Assembly (NCBI GenBank): GCA_002269645.1
Contig: NIVC01003527.1
Location: forward strand, 28,822-92,821
Origin: Macrostomum lignano
Taxonomy: Eukaryota
Direction of reading: 5' to 3'
Length of the DNA: 64,000 bases
Part shown: positions 27,342 through 51,794 of the stretch, piece after piece
How the letters are laid out: each line of letters begins with the position of its first letter
Position numbering within the stretch: the stretch's first letter is position 1
Notes under the pieces: model-generated
Told to the model about the DNA's origin: nothing
Database searches by the model: none
Seen by the model: only the letters and a program-made list of their open reading frames with translations
Program-made: the position numbers and the translations under genes

Positions 27342-28329
27342 GCTGGCTTGCTGATTGATTGGTGCTCGGATTTCACACAGAAAGAAGTAGAGAAGAAGAC
27401 GGATTTGAGTATCCGATGCAGAGACGGACAGCAAGGAAGCTCTCTCAGTTAAAAAGAGATCCTACAGCTGAAGCAGATGTGGCGCTCCCGCTGCGCCAGC
27501 TGAGCTATAAATCCTTCAATCCAGCAGCACTGGGAAGCTCCGGATTGGACGAGAGGCTAAAAGTACACTGGGAGTAGAACTTGCTCGGAAACGGATTCAG
27601 ATTGAAAAAAATTCATCTCTGCCAGTGCCATATCTCAGGCGCACTTGTCGGATTCTCTGTCCTTCAGCCTTCATTAGTGCGCCACGCTCTGATCATTAAT
27701 TCCCCGAACCAGTGGCCTCAGTTGGCTGACATCTAACATCTTTTGTGTGCTCCAATTGCATTGTATGCTTCATTAAATCAGCGGATTCCTGCTAGCCTGT
27801 GCTCATTCTCAGTTGCCATTATCTTATCGCTCTGCTAAGAGCTCGCATTCGTGTTGAAAAAGTCGAATATTTTTTATGCATAGCGCAGCCCGTGCGTCAG
27901 AGAGAAAGCAAGCTAGAGAAACTCCGCCCAAAGCCAGGACTGACTCGACTTCTTATTCGTCTTCTGAGCTGGTAATTTGTTGAAGAAAAAATTCAAACAG
28001 ACCAGATGGCACGAGATTTCAAATTCGGTCGTTCCTAACTTTGAAAGTTTTGTTGGAAATTTTTGGACGAAAAAATCGGACGAAAAAAATGACTGCTGCT
28101 TCCGGAGCCAGAAGCAGACTGGTTGAACAGCCGGATCAGGACAAAGGTTACCCAAGTGTTGCAACGCCTTCACCACCGAGGAACACGCCAGAGCCGCGGC
28201 ACTGGGAGCTGCCGAGAGATGACAGATTTCTAGCTGCAGGCATGTGCCGGGTTTTAAATGTACTCGTAGTTTATAAAGAAAATAGTTTGCGGAAAACAGA
28301 AGACTTTAACCATCTCTATAGCTTACGAC

Positions 28330-28815
28330 CTAATGTAGCTGGCGCCCTTCTGTACACGTAGCTGGCGACCCAATGTAGCTGCCCCGCCCCCTCTAGCTGG
28401 CGCCCCTTCTGTACATGTAGCTGACGCCCTTCTGTACATGTAGCTGACGCCCTTCTGTACATGTAGCTGGCGACCCAATGTGGCAGGCCCCTCCTCTGTA
28501 GCTGGCGCCCCTTCTGTAGCTGGCGCCCCTTCTGTAGCTGGCGCCCCTTCTGTAGCTGGCGCCCCCTCTGTAGCTGGCGCCCCCTCTGTAGCTGGCGCCC
28601 CCTCTGTAGCTGGCGCCCCCTCTGTAGCTGGCGCCCTTCTGTACATGTAGCTGGCGACCCAATGTGGCAGGCCCCTCCTCTGTAGCTGGCGCCCTTTCTG
28701 TAGCTGGCGCCCCGGTCTGTAGCTGGCGCCCTCTCTGTAGCTGGCGCCCCCTCTGTAGCTGGCACCCTCTCTGTAGCTGGCGCCCCGGTCTGTAGCTGGC
28801 GCCCCCTCTGTAGCT
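28330..28815. repeat. ~18-bp minisatellite (CTGTAGCTGGCGCCCCYT)n with higher-order duplication
   Basis: Direct reading. Confidence 0.9.
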
Positions 28816-29667
28816 GCGTCCCCGTTGCCCATGTTCTCAATTTAAAAGATCAAACAATAACCAATTAATTCAGTCAGAAAATCAGTCAACTAAGCTTCCG
28901 GAAACAACCAAATTGCGGGAGCTTGGTCTATCATAACAAAACTTTATAAGGCTACAAGTACGCTTGTATAGAGCTATTTAGCTAGTTTGACTAGCTCCAA
29001 TTTGAACTGGTTTTCAATTATTCTATCGTTGATTATTTCAGGCAACGCAGTTCAGCTGAGGCTCATCCAGCCGGGCCAGAAGCATGACTCGTCACCCGTG
29101 GTCTACCAGACACTCCTGCCAGTTCTAAGGCTGCCGCCTACCCAGCTATCGAGTCCCGGTGGTAACCATGGCAACCGAGCCAGTTCAACAGCGGCTGTGC
29201 GTAGCTTTCGCGGCAGCGGTAAGCAACCCTAACGAACGTCATACTTGATTGGATATGCGTTTTGATTTGTAATGTTGACTACCAAGGCCCTCAGGCCCTC
29301 TAATCTTCACCATTCCATTATGAGTCAAAGCTGACATCCTCTTTTCCGGTTCTCAAAGGCGGAATTCCGATTTCAATCATGCAGATACATCCGGGAACAC
29401 TGCGACCGTGGGTCTCCAACGGAATCGACGCTCCCGCTACGCCAAGATGCACCTCGGCTGCGATCCAGAGTCATCAGACTTAGTCACTGGCGCGGTGACG
29501 TCACTAAATTCGTGGGAGCTTGTGTCGGACAAACTCTGGCCTCAGGACCGCTCGTTTTCGTCGCTGCCAAGAGCTCTGCCACCAATTCGAGCTGACCAAA
29601 TCAGGCGTCCTCGTAGGGAGATTGTTGTACCCGAAAATTTGGGAGAAGTAAGTGCGCGCTATTGGAT

Positions 29668-29875
29668 AGTAAGTCTTTGTCTCGTCCTTACAGACACTTG
29701 ATAATAAGTCTTTGTCTCGTCCTTACAGACACTTGATAATAAGTCTTTGTCTCGTCCTTACAGACACGATAATAAGTCTTTGTCTCGTCCTTACAGACAT
29801 TTGATAATAAGTCTGTCTCGTCCTTACAGACACTTGATAATAAGTCTTTGTCTCGTCTTTACAGACACTTGATAA
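29668..29875. repeat. ~35-bp tandem repeat (ATAAGTCTTTGTCTCGTCCTTACAGACACTTGATA), 6 units
   Basis: Direct reading. Confidence 0.9.
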
Positions 29876-30371
29876 TTTAAATTTAACGCGACTCTTTCAA
29901 TTCATTGCAGATAATCCGGCGAAAATTGATGGACAAAACCATCTGGCCACCGTCTGTTGACAGTCGAGGCGCCATCGAGGACGCTTCCGATTAGCTTGGT
30001 TAATATATTATCTATTTTTCTACAAAGCTATGTGAAATATAAATGGCAACAAGCATTGTAAATAAGTAAATCAAACCATTTTGCAATTATACCAATATGG
30101 CAAGAAAACTGCTTAAATTCTATGGAGTAAGTCTTTTTTTCATTCGTTCACGAAGTCAGAAACCAAGAAGGATACATTCACCTTCAGTATACACAGGTAT
30201 TTGGTACACAACACTATTGCAGAAGTTCCCTCAGCGCGCGTATCCAGGGGCGTCGCCATGGATTTTATGGTGGGGAGAGACAAAGCCATGAATTTTACAT
30301 GTACATGTACATGACTAAATTCCTACGTGTACATTTTTTGAGAATCGGTGTTGCAGCGCTCGTTTTGGCGG

Positions 30372-30665
30372 TGAAGGCACTCATTTTGGCGCCGCAGACA
30401 CTCATTTTGGCACGGCAGTCACTCATTTTGGCACCGCAGGCACTCATTTTGGCACTGCAGGCACTCATTTTGGCGCCGCAGACACTCATTTGGCGCCGCA
30501 GGCACTCATTTTGGCACCGCAGGCACTCATTTTGGCGCCGCAGACACTCATTTGGCGCCGTAGGCACTCATTTGGCGCCGCAGGCACTCATTTTAGCGCC
30601 GCAGACACTCATTTGGCGCCGCAGGCACTCATTTTAGCGCCGCAGGCACTCATTTTGGCGCCGCA
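30372..30665. repeat. 20-21-bp minisatellite (GCAGGCACTCATTTTGGCGCC)n
   Basis: About 14 units; a hAT-like 5' end CAGGGGCGTCGCCA lies about 130 bp upstream. Confidence 0.9.
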
Positions 30666-32233
30666 GGTGCTATACTTTGGCGCCCTGAAACAAATTTATT
30701 GCACGCCGCAGGTTTACCTACCATCGAAAAAGTATTTCAGAGCACAGCTTATTGAGAATATCAAAGGACCCTAAGAACACCAGACTGCCAACTAAAATCA
30801 ATCTCAAATCAGCTTGGAAAAAATGGAAACAGCCAGTGCCTACACTTTGAAGATTTTACTTCAAGCAGTAGTTCGTGTCAGTCAGTCAAAAAGCATACAT
30901 GTAATCTGCACAAAGGTAATCTCGTGCCTAGCATCAGTTTTCATAACTAAATAGAAATCCTTGGTAATCTTCACATATGAACGGCTCCGAGTGTCAAATT
31001 CTGCCAGGCACAGAGGCATCATTGCCGTTGCTATTTCGTCAAACCTTAATGGATTCTAGCAGAGAATAAACAGTCATGATCATAAACATTACTAATACTA
31101 TTCCGTCTGTAGTGCAGCAGCCTTTTAGACAAGGTGAACTGCTCCCCCTAGGGAGTATCAAGGCTTCTTGAGACTCTAAGAAGCATCAACTCAGTTCACA
31201 AGACCTATTCACACACTTATCCGCGATAATTCCAAAATTGTACGTAGCAGCTTCTATCTACGAGGGATAATTCCATTCCTTACTCAAGTTTCTTGACTAT
31301 TACTACTTATTATTATTAGATCTATTAATTAGCTCCTTCACTCTTTTCCCTTGGCTCTTAATGTTTCGCTACATAGAAGTCTTTGTTCAAGCCAGATTGA
31401 TTTAGTAGAGAAAAACAAAGATTTTTTGTGCTAAGGCGAAGTGCTTACTACCCTTTCCGATGACTCATGGTCCGCGTGTACAAAGTGCAAAGTGTTGTAT
31501 ACTCTGGTCCCGAATGGTGTAAACATGCCCATCTCCTGCTTCTATTTTTAGTACAGAAAAGCACGTGACTGCGAATACATTTAGCATGTGACCTTGAATC
31601 ACGCGCCCTATGCACAGCAATCAAACCTAATTTGAGACCTTGAATCACGCTATTCTTGCATGGCTTTCGGGTCCAAGTAAGAACTTTTTTCCACACTTAA
31701 AGCGTGATTCCCAATTGATTTCGCGGCTCTTGATCACCAGCTATAAATACGAGTATGAGACAGCTGAGCTCAAATTTTACATCAGACCTCAACGTCTCAG
31801 GACGTTCTCTTCATTTAAGGTTTGCAAGTTTTTACAGGTTTGAGCAGCATCTGAGACCTTCTACGAGACCGATGGTCGCAAGGCCCTTGATATAAGATCT
31901 TTTGAGTCGGGATTATTTCAGTTTTTAGCGTTTTGTTATTTTACTCATAGAAATAGCGACCTGTGAAATACTTGTAGCTGCTTTTATTTGATTTTCTCGC
32001 TAGCTACTTTGTACATTTTGCTTCTTGCATTCGTGCGTACAATGAAGCATTGTATTTCGTTGCTCAATCTAGTCCAAGCGAATAAATAGTGGACCATCGG
32101 GCTGAGCTGTCGGTGTACGAGAGAGGGAGGGGGGTCGAGGTGGAACAACAAAGCGGCTTCTCAATCTGGCGATTCCACAAAATAGAGATAAATTTAGCGC
32201 AAAAAAGGTCGGGCACAACTCACTTGAGCTGCG

Positions 32234-35200
32234 ATGGAGACTCCATGCCAAGCAGCGGGACCCAACGGCGTCCAGCAGAGGCAGCAACTGCAGCAGAAAC
32301 AACAGGACGACACAGGAAGCATCGCCAGCTATAGTCAGGTTCCCCGCATCAAAGCCATCCGGACTCGGGACATTTTTCGAGCGCTGCGCACCTTTGCCGC
32401 AAACACCACAGCGCATGGATTTTACCACTTGAACCATCCGGTTCGGTTCTTCAAAATCGGCTGGATTGTGCTCATCATTGCCGCATTCGTCGGCATCATT
32501 GTGCACCTGTCCATCCTGGTGGTGAAGTACCGGGACGAGCCGACCTCAACTAAGATAAATCCGCGAGGCAGCGTCTACACGCCGCCGGACATCACCGTGT
32601 GCAACAGGATGATGTTCGCTGTTAGCAAACTGTTTGAAAAGTCTGGCGACAGCTACACAGTGAACCCGGAGTTCCAGCCCGTGCTGGACAGCGTGCTGAA
32701 AGTGCGCGAATTTCTCGAGGTCAGCGTCAAGAAGTATCTGCGGCTTAGCTACGGCAATTACGAATCGGACTCCGATCTGCTGCGGATTGAGGATGAAGGT
32801 GTCTATAATTTGCCCAGTGAGTGCTGGCAGATCAGCGCTGCGGCCCCGGGGCTTGTTGTTGAACGACTCGCAGGCAAGAGAGCCAACCCCTAAGGCACAG
32901 AGAGTGCACATGCCTGACGACTATCGAGTGTCGATCTCAAAGCAGCGACTTGACTAGTCTCAAGGATGATCACGTCGTCCCTGTCTCCCAGAGCTGAGTG
33001 ACATGTTTCACCTTTGGTCCGCTTCAGTTTGCATAGCATCTCCCCATTCATTAACTGACTTTTCTGCCTCAAGAGACAGATTTTTAATTTCTTGAGCAAA
33101 GTCTACACTGATATGTAATCTGAGCAAGAAATCTTTAATCATCTCATCATGGACCCTCAATCTCACCTCCTAAGTCTGCTTTCGGGACTGATTTGCTGCA
33201 TGTACCTTTTCCATGTAATTAAGGGCTTCGATTGCAGCATCCAGATTTTTCACAGTTAAAGCAAGAGAAGTGAGCTGGAAAGACCTAGAAGAAATGAGTC
33301 AGCAAACTAAGTACCTAAGTACAGACTGTCTCAGAGCAGGGGGGGGGAGGCAGGGCACTGACGTGCATTAATGCAGCAGCGGCCTTGGCCTGTGCAGTTT
33401 CACTCAAATGAAACTGGTTTCAATTGCACTTAATTGTAAAACGAGTGAAATGAGCGCAGGCCACTCAGAGCCAGCTGTGAGCAGGTTCATACAACTACGT
33501 TTCTTTTTATTGCAAAGTTTGCAGCCTTGCTTAAAGAATACTGATACAAAACCTCTATGATTTTCACTGACCTTTCATAACCCATTACTGATCCTCTATG
33601 AGCCATCACTGATTCATTCTACATGATCTTCACTGACCCTTTATGACCGATCACTGACTCTCCATGATTCTCACTGACCCTCCATGATTTTCACTGACCC
33701 TCTAAGATCCTCACTGACCCTCAATGACCCTTCATGACCCTCACTGACCCTTCATGACCCTCACTGACCCTTCATGACCCTCACTGACTCTCTATGATCC
33801 TCACTGATTCTCCATGATTTTCACTGACCCTCTAAGATCCTCACTGACCCTCTATGACCCTTCATGACCCTCACTGACTCTCTATGATCCTCACTGATCT
33901 TCTAATGATTTTCACTGACCCTCCATGACCTTCACTGACCCTCCATAACCTTCACTGACCCTCTAAGATTGTCCACCGGCCCTTCTATGATCCTCACTGA
34001 CACCCATGACCCTCACTGACACCCATGACCCAGCACTAATCCACCATGCATGCTCCCCACAATTCATTACTCAGACCTCGCCATCCGGGACACCTACGGA
34101 GCTCCGTTTCTGTCGCGGTTCAGCGCCGAGCCCCGCCAGATGCTTCTGTTCTGCACCTACAGCTCCATCGCGTGCGACTTCCTGGACTTCAAAGAATTCG
34201 GCCTGTCAACATTCCCGTCCTGCATGACGTTCAGCCCGAGCAACTTTCTCAGTCGGCGGCCGAATATTTCTGTTAACAGCCTTGGCGAGCTGAGACTGGT
34301 GCTGTTCACGGACTCCTACCACCCCAGCCAGCTCGTCACGGACACGCTGCAGCTCCTGCCTGGCGACTGGTTCAACATGCAGGGCCAGGGCGGCGCGGTG
34401 GTCTTTGTTCACCAGCCCAGCACTTATCCCACTTTGGGAAGTCGCATTGAAGCGCCGGCCAGTAGGGAGACAATCGTGGATATTCGCTATCAGGTTGAAT
34501 TTGGCCTAAAATATTGGAATGATCCACATTGACCCGTAACAATCCTAATGACTAAATTTGACCCAAAGGCTATCCTATTTACCTACATTGACCCAAAAGC
34601 AATCCGAATGACCCACATTAACCCAAAAGCAATCCTAATGACCCACATTGACCCAAAAGCAATCATAATGACCCACATTGACCCAAAAGTAATCCTATTG
34701 ACCTACATTGACCCAAAAGCAATCCTAATGACCTACGAGTACATTGACCCAAAGGCTATCCTATTTACCTACATTGACCCAAAAGCAATCCGAATGACCC
34801 ACATTGACCCAAAAGCGATCCGAATGACCCACATTGACCCAAAAGCAATCCTAATGACCCACATTGATCCAAAAGCAATCCTATCCTAATGACCCACATT
34901 GACCCAAAAGCAATCCTAATGACCCACATTGATCCAAAAGCAATCCTATCCTAATGACCTACATTGACCCAAAAGCAATCCTAATGACCCACATTGACCC
35001 AAAAGCAATCCTAATGACCCACATTGATCCAAAAGCAATCCTATCCTAATGACCCACATTGATCCAAAAGCAATCCTATCCTAATGACCCACATTGACCC
35101 AAAAGCAATCCTAATGACCCACATTGATCCAAAAGCAATCCTATCCTAATGACCTACATTGACCCAAAAGCAATCCGAATGACCTACATTGACCTAAAAG

Positions 35201-37383
35201 TAATCATAATGACCCACATTGACCTAAAAGCAATCTTCATGACATACGGACCCAAAGCTAATAATCTTTCCCCACAGCTACACTCGCAACTCATTAATTA
35301 CCAATCCAACTCGAACCCGCCCAGGTGTACACGTCGAAGAACACGCGAAACTACCGTTGCTCAGAGTCTGCCGAGTCGGTGCAGTACCTGGCTATCGTGA
35401 ACCGCACGACTCAACCAGAGCGATACCAAACCCAACTAGCCGACTGTTACGTTGACGTGACTCAGAAAATTTTATTACAAAAATGCGGCTTCATCGATCC
35501 CAGCCTCCCGTTGAGTCTGGCCCTGAGCGATCGGCCAAGGAGGGGCAATCTGTCCAACCTGCTGATCAACAGCCCCAGCGGCCGGCCCCTGCAGCCCACC
35601 GACCTCATCACCTTCATCTACCAGGTGTTCAAGCGGGCCAACGTGTCAACCGCTGCGGAGCTGCCAGCGATTCTTGACACCCTGCTTGATCAGGAGATCT
35701 GCCTGCGATTTGCCAGGTAACAGGTGACACCGTCCTGTCTAACAGGTAACACCGTCCTGTCTAACAGGTGACACCGTCCTGTCTAACAGGGGACACCGTC
35801 CTGTCTAAACAGGCGACAATTATCCTTTCTGACTATCCTTTCTGGCGAAATTTTTCCTGTCTAACATGTGACACTATACTCTGTCTAACAGGTGACACTA
35901 TTCTTGTCTAACAGGTGGCACTATCTCCGGTCTAACAGGGGACACTATTCTGTCTAACGGGTGACATTATCCTGTCTAACAGATGAAACTATCCTGTCTA
36001 ACAGGTGACAACGTCCTGTCTCCCTCCAGGGTCATAGCTAGCAACGATTCCCAGAACCAGCTGTGCTTGGACAGCTGCCAGGCCAAGGTCTACTCCACTA
36101 GTGTGATGCCGAACCTCTGGCCGGTGGGCAGCGTCGAGTTCCTACAGCCGCAGGTGCAACGTTGGCTTCAATCCAACGTGTTCTACCTGAACGGGGCCAA
36201 CAAGGCTAACCTGTCAGTCAATGAAGAGTTCATTCGACGGACGAACTGGAATCTGTACGACGCCTACAAACGACTGAACGGAAGCGGCGCAAATTCGAAT
36301 AATTTTCTGGCGTTGCGGTTTCGCATTGGTGACTCGCAGGTTGGTTGCAACTCTGAGGGTTTTCCATAGGGTATTCCGTTGTACCAACCAACCAACCAAC
36401 CAACCAACCAACCAACCAACCAACCAACCAACCAACCAACCAACCAACCAACCAACCAACCAACCAACCAACCAACCAACCAACCAACCAACCAACCAAC
36501 CAACCAACCAACCAACCAACCAACCAACCAACCAACCAACCAACCAACCAACCAACCAACCAACCAACCAACCAACCAACCAACCAACCAACCAACCAAC
36601 CAACCAACCAACCAACCAACCAACCAACCAACCAACCAACCAACCAACCAACCAACCAACCAACCAACCAACCAACCAACCAACCAACCAACCAACCAAC
36701 CAACCAACCAACCAACCAACCAACCAACCAACCAACCAACCAACCAACCAACCAACCAACCAACCAACCAACCAACCAACCAACCAACCAACCAACCAAC
36801 CAACCAACCAACCAACCAACCAACCAACCAACCAACCAACCAACCAACCAACCAACCAACCAACCAACCAACCAACCAACCAACCAACCAACCAACCAAC
36901 CAACCAACCAACCAACCAACCAACCAACCAACCAACCAACCAACCAACCAACCAACCAAATATTTCACCGCAAAACTGTCCGCGCAGGGCCTTGGGGTCA
37001 GTACGGACGAGAGTGCAGCCTACGAGCTTTCCGACCTGTTCTCGGACATCGGCGGCATCCTTGGCCTCTACATGGGCATCAGCGTGTTGACTCTGTGCGA
37101 GATGGCCGAACTCTGCCTGCACATCGTCACCATGCTCGGAATGCTGCTGCACAGGAATCGAACCCGAGCGGCAGCGCTGCCCCGCTCGGTAGCTCAGATG
37201 CAGGCTAGAAAGAAATCGGTTGCCAGGGTGGCCGCTCGAACCAATTCAGGATTTGATTTAGAACCCGATGAGCACCAGCTACAAAACCATCACCAGCACC
37301 AGCACCAGCACCAGCACCAGCACCAGCACTGGCAGCGGCCGCAGTACCCTGTGCAAATGCCTGCAAGAATTTCTCGAGTTTGA
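32234..37383 (+). CDS. DEG/ENaC (amiloride-sensitive) sodium channel subunit, possibly FaNaC-related, 5 exons, 693 aa
   Basis: Exons 32234-32798, 34075-34493, 35325-35716, 36030-36339, 36988-37383; GT-AG, phases 1/0/2/0 consistent, 2082 nt. Pre-TM1 TTAHG motif, PDITVCN, cysteine-containing ectodomain, TM2 [20 protein letters not shown] with the GxS filter. Confidence 0.93.
33555..34035. repeat. Degenerate TGACCC-based tandem repeat in ENaC intron 1
   Basis: Repeating CACTGACCCTC..ATGA units. Confidence 0.85.
34525..35255. repeat. 30/35-bp minisatellite (ACATTGACCCAAAAGCAATCCTAATGACCC)n in ENaC intron 2
   Basis: Direct reading. Confidence 0.92.
35717..36020. repeat. ~22-bp repeat (CTGTCTAACAGGTGACACYRTC)n filling ENaC intron 3
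   Basis: Starts at the donor site and runs to the polypyrimidine tract. Confidence 0.88.
36383..36959. repeat. Perfect (ACCA)n microsatellite in ENaC intron 4
   Basis: About 144 uninterrupted units. Confidence 0.97.
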
Positions 37384-38643
37384 GTTTAAAAGTTTCCCCG
37401 CAGATGTATGGGAATCGCAAGGGTGATTCAGTCTAATCGAAGTATACTAAAATTTTTCATTGACAATTTTCCTGTGAATTTATAGCAGAAGCAGATGCGT
37501 AACAATAAAACATTCTGTGTCGATATTTCGTTACTAAAATAAAAAATCTGTTCACCTCAATTTCAAAACGTGTTGCACTGACTATATAGATTTTACCAAA
37601 AGACTTGTGCATTATATTCTACTTTCAGTCAGTAGCAGGTTTATCAGCACAAACTTCTACTATGCCTACTAACCGCAGTAAATACTGCTTAACTTTTATC
37701 AATGTGTTTGACCCAACTGGCCTTGCAATTCACTTTGAACGTAGCGCTACCCATAAGGTCGTTTACTGCCAAACTGGGATCTGGGATCAGCTGGGATCGG
37801 TTTATAACAAAAAATATTATTCTTGGAAGACCCTAAACGCCTCCTAAATGTTGTTTACAAGCTTAAAGCAATTAACGAGCGCCTCGACTATTGCCCTAGG
37901 CCGGAAATTTCTGCTGCTATATTGCAATGCTTTGGAACAGTGAGAAATCTGTCTGGGCTGCTTGGGGCAGGGGAGGGGGGGGGTTGTTAAGAACAAATCT
38001 CTGCTCTCCTCGAAAGCAGACACGAATTAGAGAGACCAGAGATACAGGTCAGACAGGGCTGTCTCGCTGTCTGTTTACCTGGAGAAATGTTTTTGTCTGC
38101 GCGCAACGTTCCGGTCTCTGCGCGCAGCGGTTGACTGTGCTGTCTGAAACAAGCAAAGTTTTTTTATTAATAGCTCAAATCTCGTCCCAGCCCCCAACGC
38201 TCGTCTCGACCCCCATCTCATTTTACGTACCCCCCTTACTTGATAGTTTTGTTTTTAGAGAGACTCAAGCCTTCCTTTGGGTTGGGGGTGGGGGGGGGAG
38301 TCCACAACCCCCCTTACTTAAGGTCCAACCCTATTTCAGATCAACTCCCAAGCTGCAATGCTCCAGTGCTTTAATCTGAGCATTTCTATCGCAGTTTTGA
38401 CCGCTAACAACTGTTAACTTTAAACAATAAGAGACGATAGCCCGAGTTGTCTGCTGAGGACAAGAAGTCTAGTAGAGAATACAGTAAATTTAGCAGTCCA
38501 GGCGGCAACAGCGTGTCTGGGCAGACCAGTTGCAACTGTTAAGACAGGCCTTTCATCATAAACCGAAGCTTTATTTATCATCGTTTTGTTTAACCGCCAG
38601 GGGCGGTGTTAGCTAGAGGTCAGGCGGCAGACGAACTTTTGAG

Positions 38644-42050
<3,407 letters not shown>

Positions 42051-42819
42051 ACTGCATGGTTTCCTGTAAATTAAATGCCTCGTCATCTATTTAGTACTTT
42101 GCCTGTGCCTCGGCCGGGTGACGCGCATGTACATGTATGTTAAAGCGTTGGCATTCGTTTGATTGGAAGTTCAGTCGTCAAACCGAACTCAACGCTGACT
42201 TCAAATGATTTTCCATTGTACAGGTGACAAATAGACTCTTTTTTGCAGACAAAATCCAGACTCAACTGTTTTTTTCATATCTCCACCTCATTGCAGCTTT
42301 TCATGCATTCCATTGAAATTTTCATGAGACTGCTTGTGAAAATTGGCCCATAATTTAGCATATTGTCCTGCTAGATAATATATTTTATTGCAACTGTAAA
42401 TTTGATATGAGCGCAAAAGTCGAACGCCTATCTATCTGACAGCCCTTTTCAGTTAATAAAATGCAAATGTTACGAGTATAAAGAACTAGTTCACACGGTT
42501 GTTGGCTGTCACTAAAATAATTCATGCTAAGGTATCATTTTTACAACACCGCCCAGTGCAGACCTCATTCTCGAGCTAAAATAAACAGAATAACGATCGA
42601 CTTGGCTATAACTTTGTTCAACAATTGCAGGCCGTGAGAAACAAGTTCTTAACAATGTTTACCTAATTGGTCATTTAGACAGAGTCTGGAGTGACTGTAG
42701 GAATGGTGACCATAGCCTTTGCTATAGCATCAAAAGTTATTAAGGAGGTCTAATATGAACTGCAAGAAATAAACACGCACATTTCAGTAACAAAAGGGCA
42801 CAAAGGACATACTTTACGG

Positions 42820-43055
42820 AGACTAAGGACACACACTGCGAGATTTAGGGACACAAATTGTGGGATTTAAGGACACACACATTCCAGGGATTTAAGGACA
42901 CACACATTCCAGGGATTTAAGGACACACATATTCCAGGGATTTAAGCACACACACACTGCAGAGATTTAAGGACACACTGCAGGATTTACGGACACACAC
43001 ACACACACACACACACTGCAGGATTTACACACACACGCACACTGCAGGGATTTAA
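42820..43055. repeat. ~28-bp degenerate repeat (GGGATTTAAGGACACACAC..) with a CA run
   Basis: Direct reading. Confidence 0.75.
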
Positions 43056-43727
43056 GGAGACCAGCAATTGTGGTCAGCTTTTGCTCACTTTCGGAGTAAG
43101 TTAACCCAAACTGGACCAGCTGATTACCCTCAGCTAGAAGTCGGTCAAAGCTACTCGACTGTCGCTCAACACTGACTAATGGTCACATGCAACCTCTGTT
43201 GATCAAGTCAAGATTTATTAATAAACCAATATGACTGCTAAACCCTTCTAATTAAAGTCTCTATTATTTTAGTGTCTCAAATTAACGCTGGCTAGGCTGA
43301 AACAAGAAAACAAGAAAACAACTATTATAAGCTAAGCTATCAAATAGCTCTCAGACAAAAATAAAGAAAACTAGATAATTTTGATTGATTGGCAGTTTGC
43401 CAAGTCCAGTGCGCAGTACTCGAATCGACTCAAGGTGAGTTTACATTTATTTTTAATGCACGGACTATTTAGGTATATTTTACGAGCATATACATGTACA
43501 TGTAAGTCGTCTACTTACGAGTAATTAGTCCGTGATCTAATAACTTTAATATTGGAAACTTGAAACCATACCAGAATTTCAAAAGTTTAGCTTGCCTCCC
43601 GCAAATATTTGTTTATTTTACGCATGACTACACAGGGAAAAGTATTATCAGATCAATCAAGTTACATAAATAAAATGTCTCTCTTCATGTCTCTTCACTA
43701 CTACAAGCTCGACACTGCAATCTGTGC

Positions 43728-51082
<7,355 letters not shown>

Positions 51083-51794
51083 CTGCCTGCTCAGTTTGCA
51101 AGCAGACGAACCGAGCTCTGCCCCCCCCCACCCAACCCCAGTCAGCTCTATTATAACGCCAACACTGAGTGTGCAGATGACAGCGGCAGGCGGTCTGAGC
51201 CCAGGTGTACTTGAATAGGTGCTGCAAACCTTGGAGACACTTAAACTTAGCAAACCTGAGCCAGGCTTATACGGGGGGGGCATGAAGCTGCCCCTTTCTC
51301 CGTTTTGCGCACCTTTCATTTTGCCTTTCCGCCCTAGCGCACTAACGCCCGAAGCAGCAACAAGCGGTAATTATCAATAACTACTTTATGGCTCGGTAAT
51401 GTCCTTATTTACCTGACTGTATGCGTGTGCTTTTGATCGACAAGAACACTGCTGCCGAAGTAAACTTTTGACTTTATCAACGTTTAACAAATTTTTATGA
51501 CAGTTGAGAGTGAGGTGAGAGAGAGAGAGAGAGAGAGCAAAGATACGATAAAAGGACTGCAATAAAAACGTATGTTGCTATGCTAAATGCCAACTCGTGT
51601 TGTAATTTATTCTTTGCTAAGTTTACTTCGATACATATCGGAAAAAGCTTCGCTTTAAATGTTTTGCACTTTTAAACTATAAGAGATTCTTCGAATTTCT
51701 ACATAACTTTTTTTCATCTACTCCCTTCTCATCACTCTAAACATCTGTCTAAACCTTCTCAATATCTCTCAATACCTTTCTCTCATACCTGGTA

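Noticed and set aside
36214-37152. Long LVGW and TNQP ORFs
   Set aside because: Translations of the perfect (ACCA)n intronic microsatellite.
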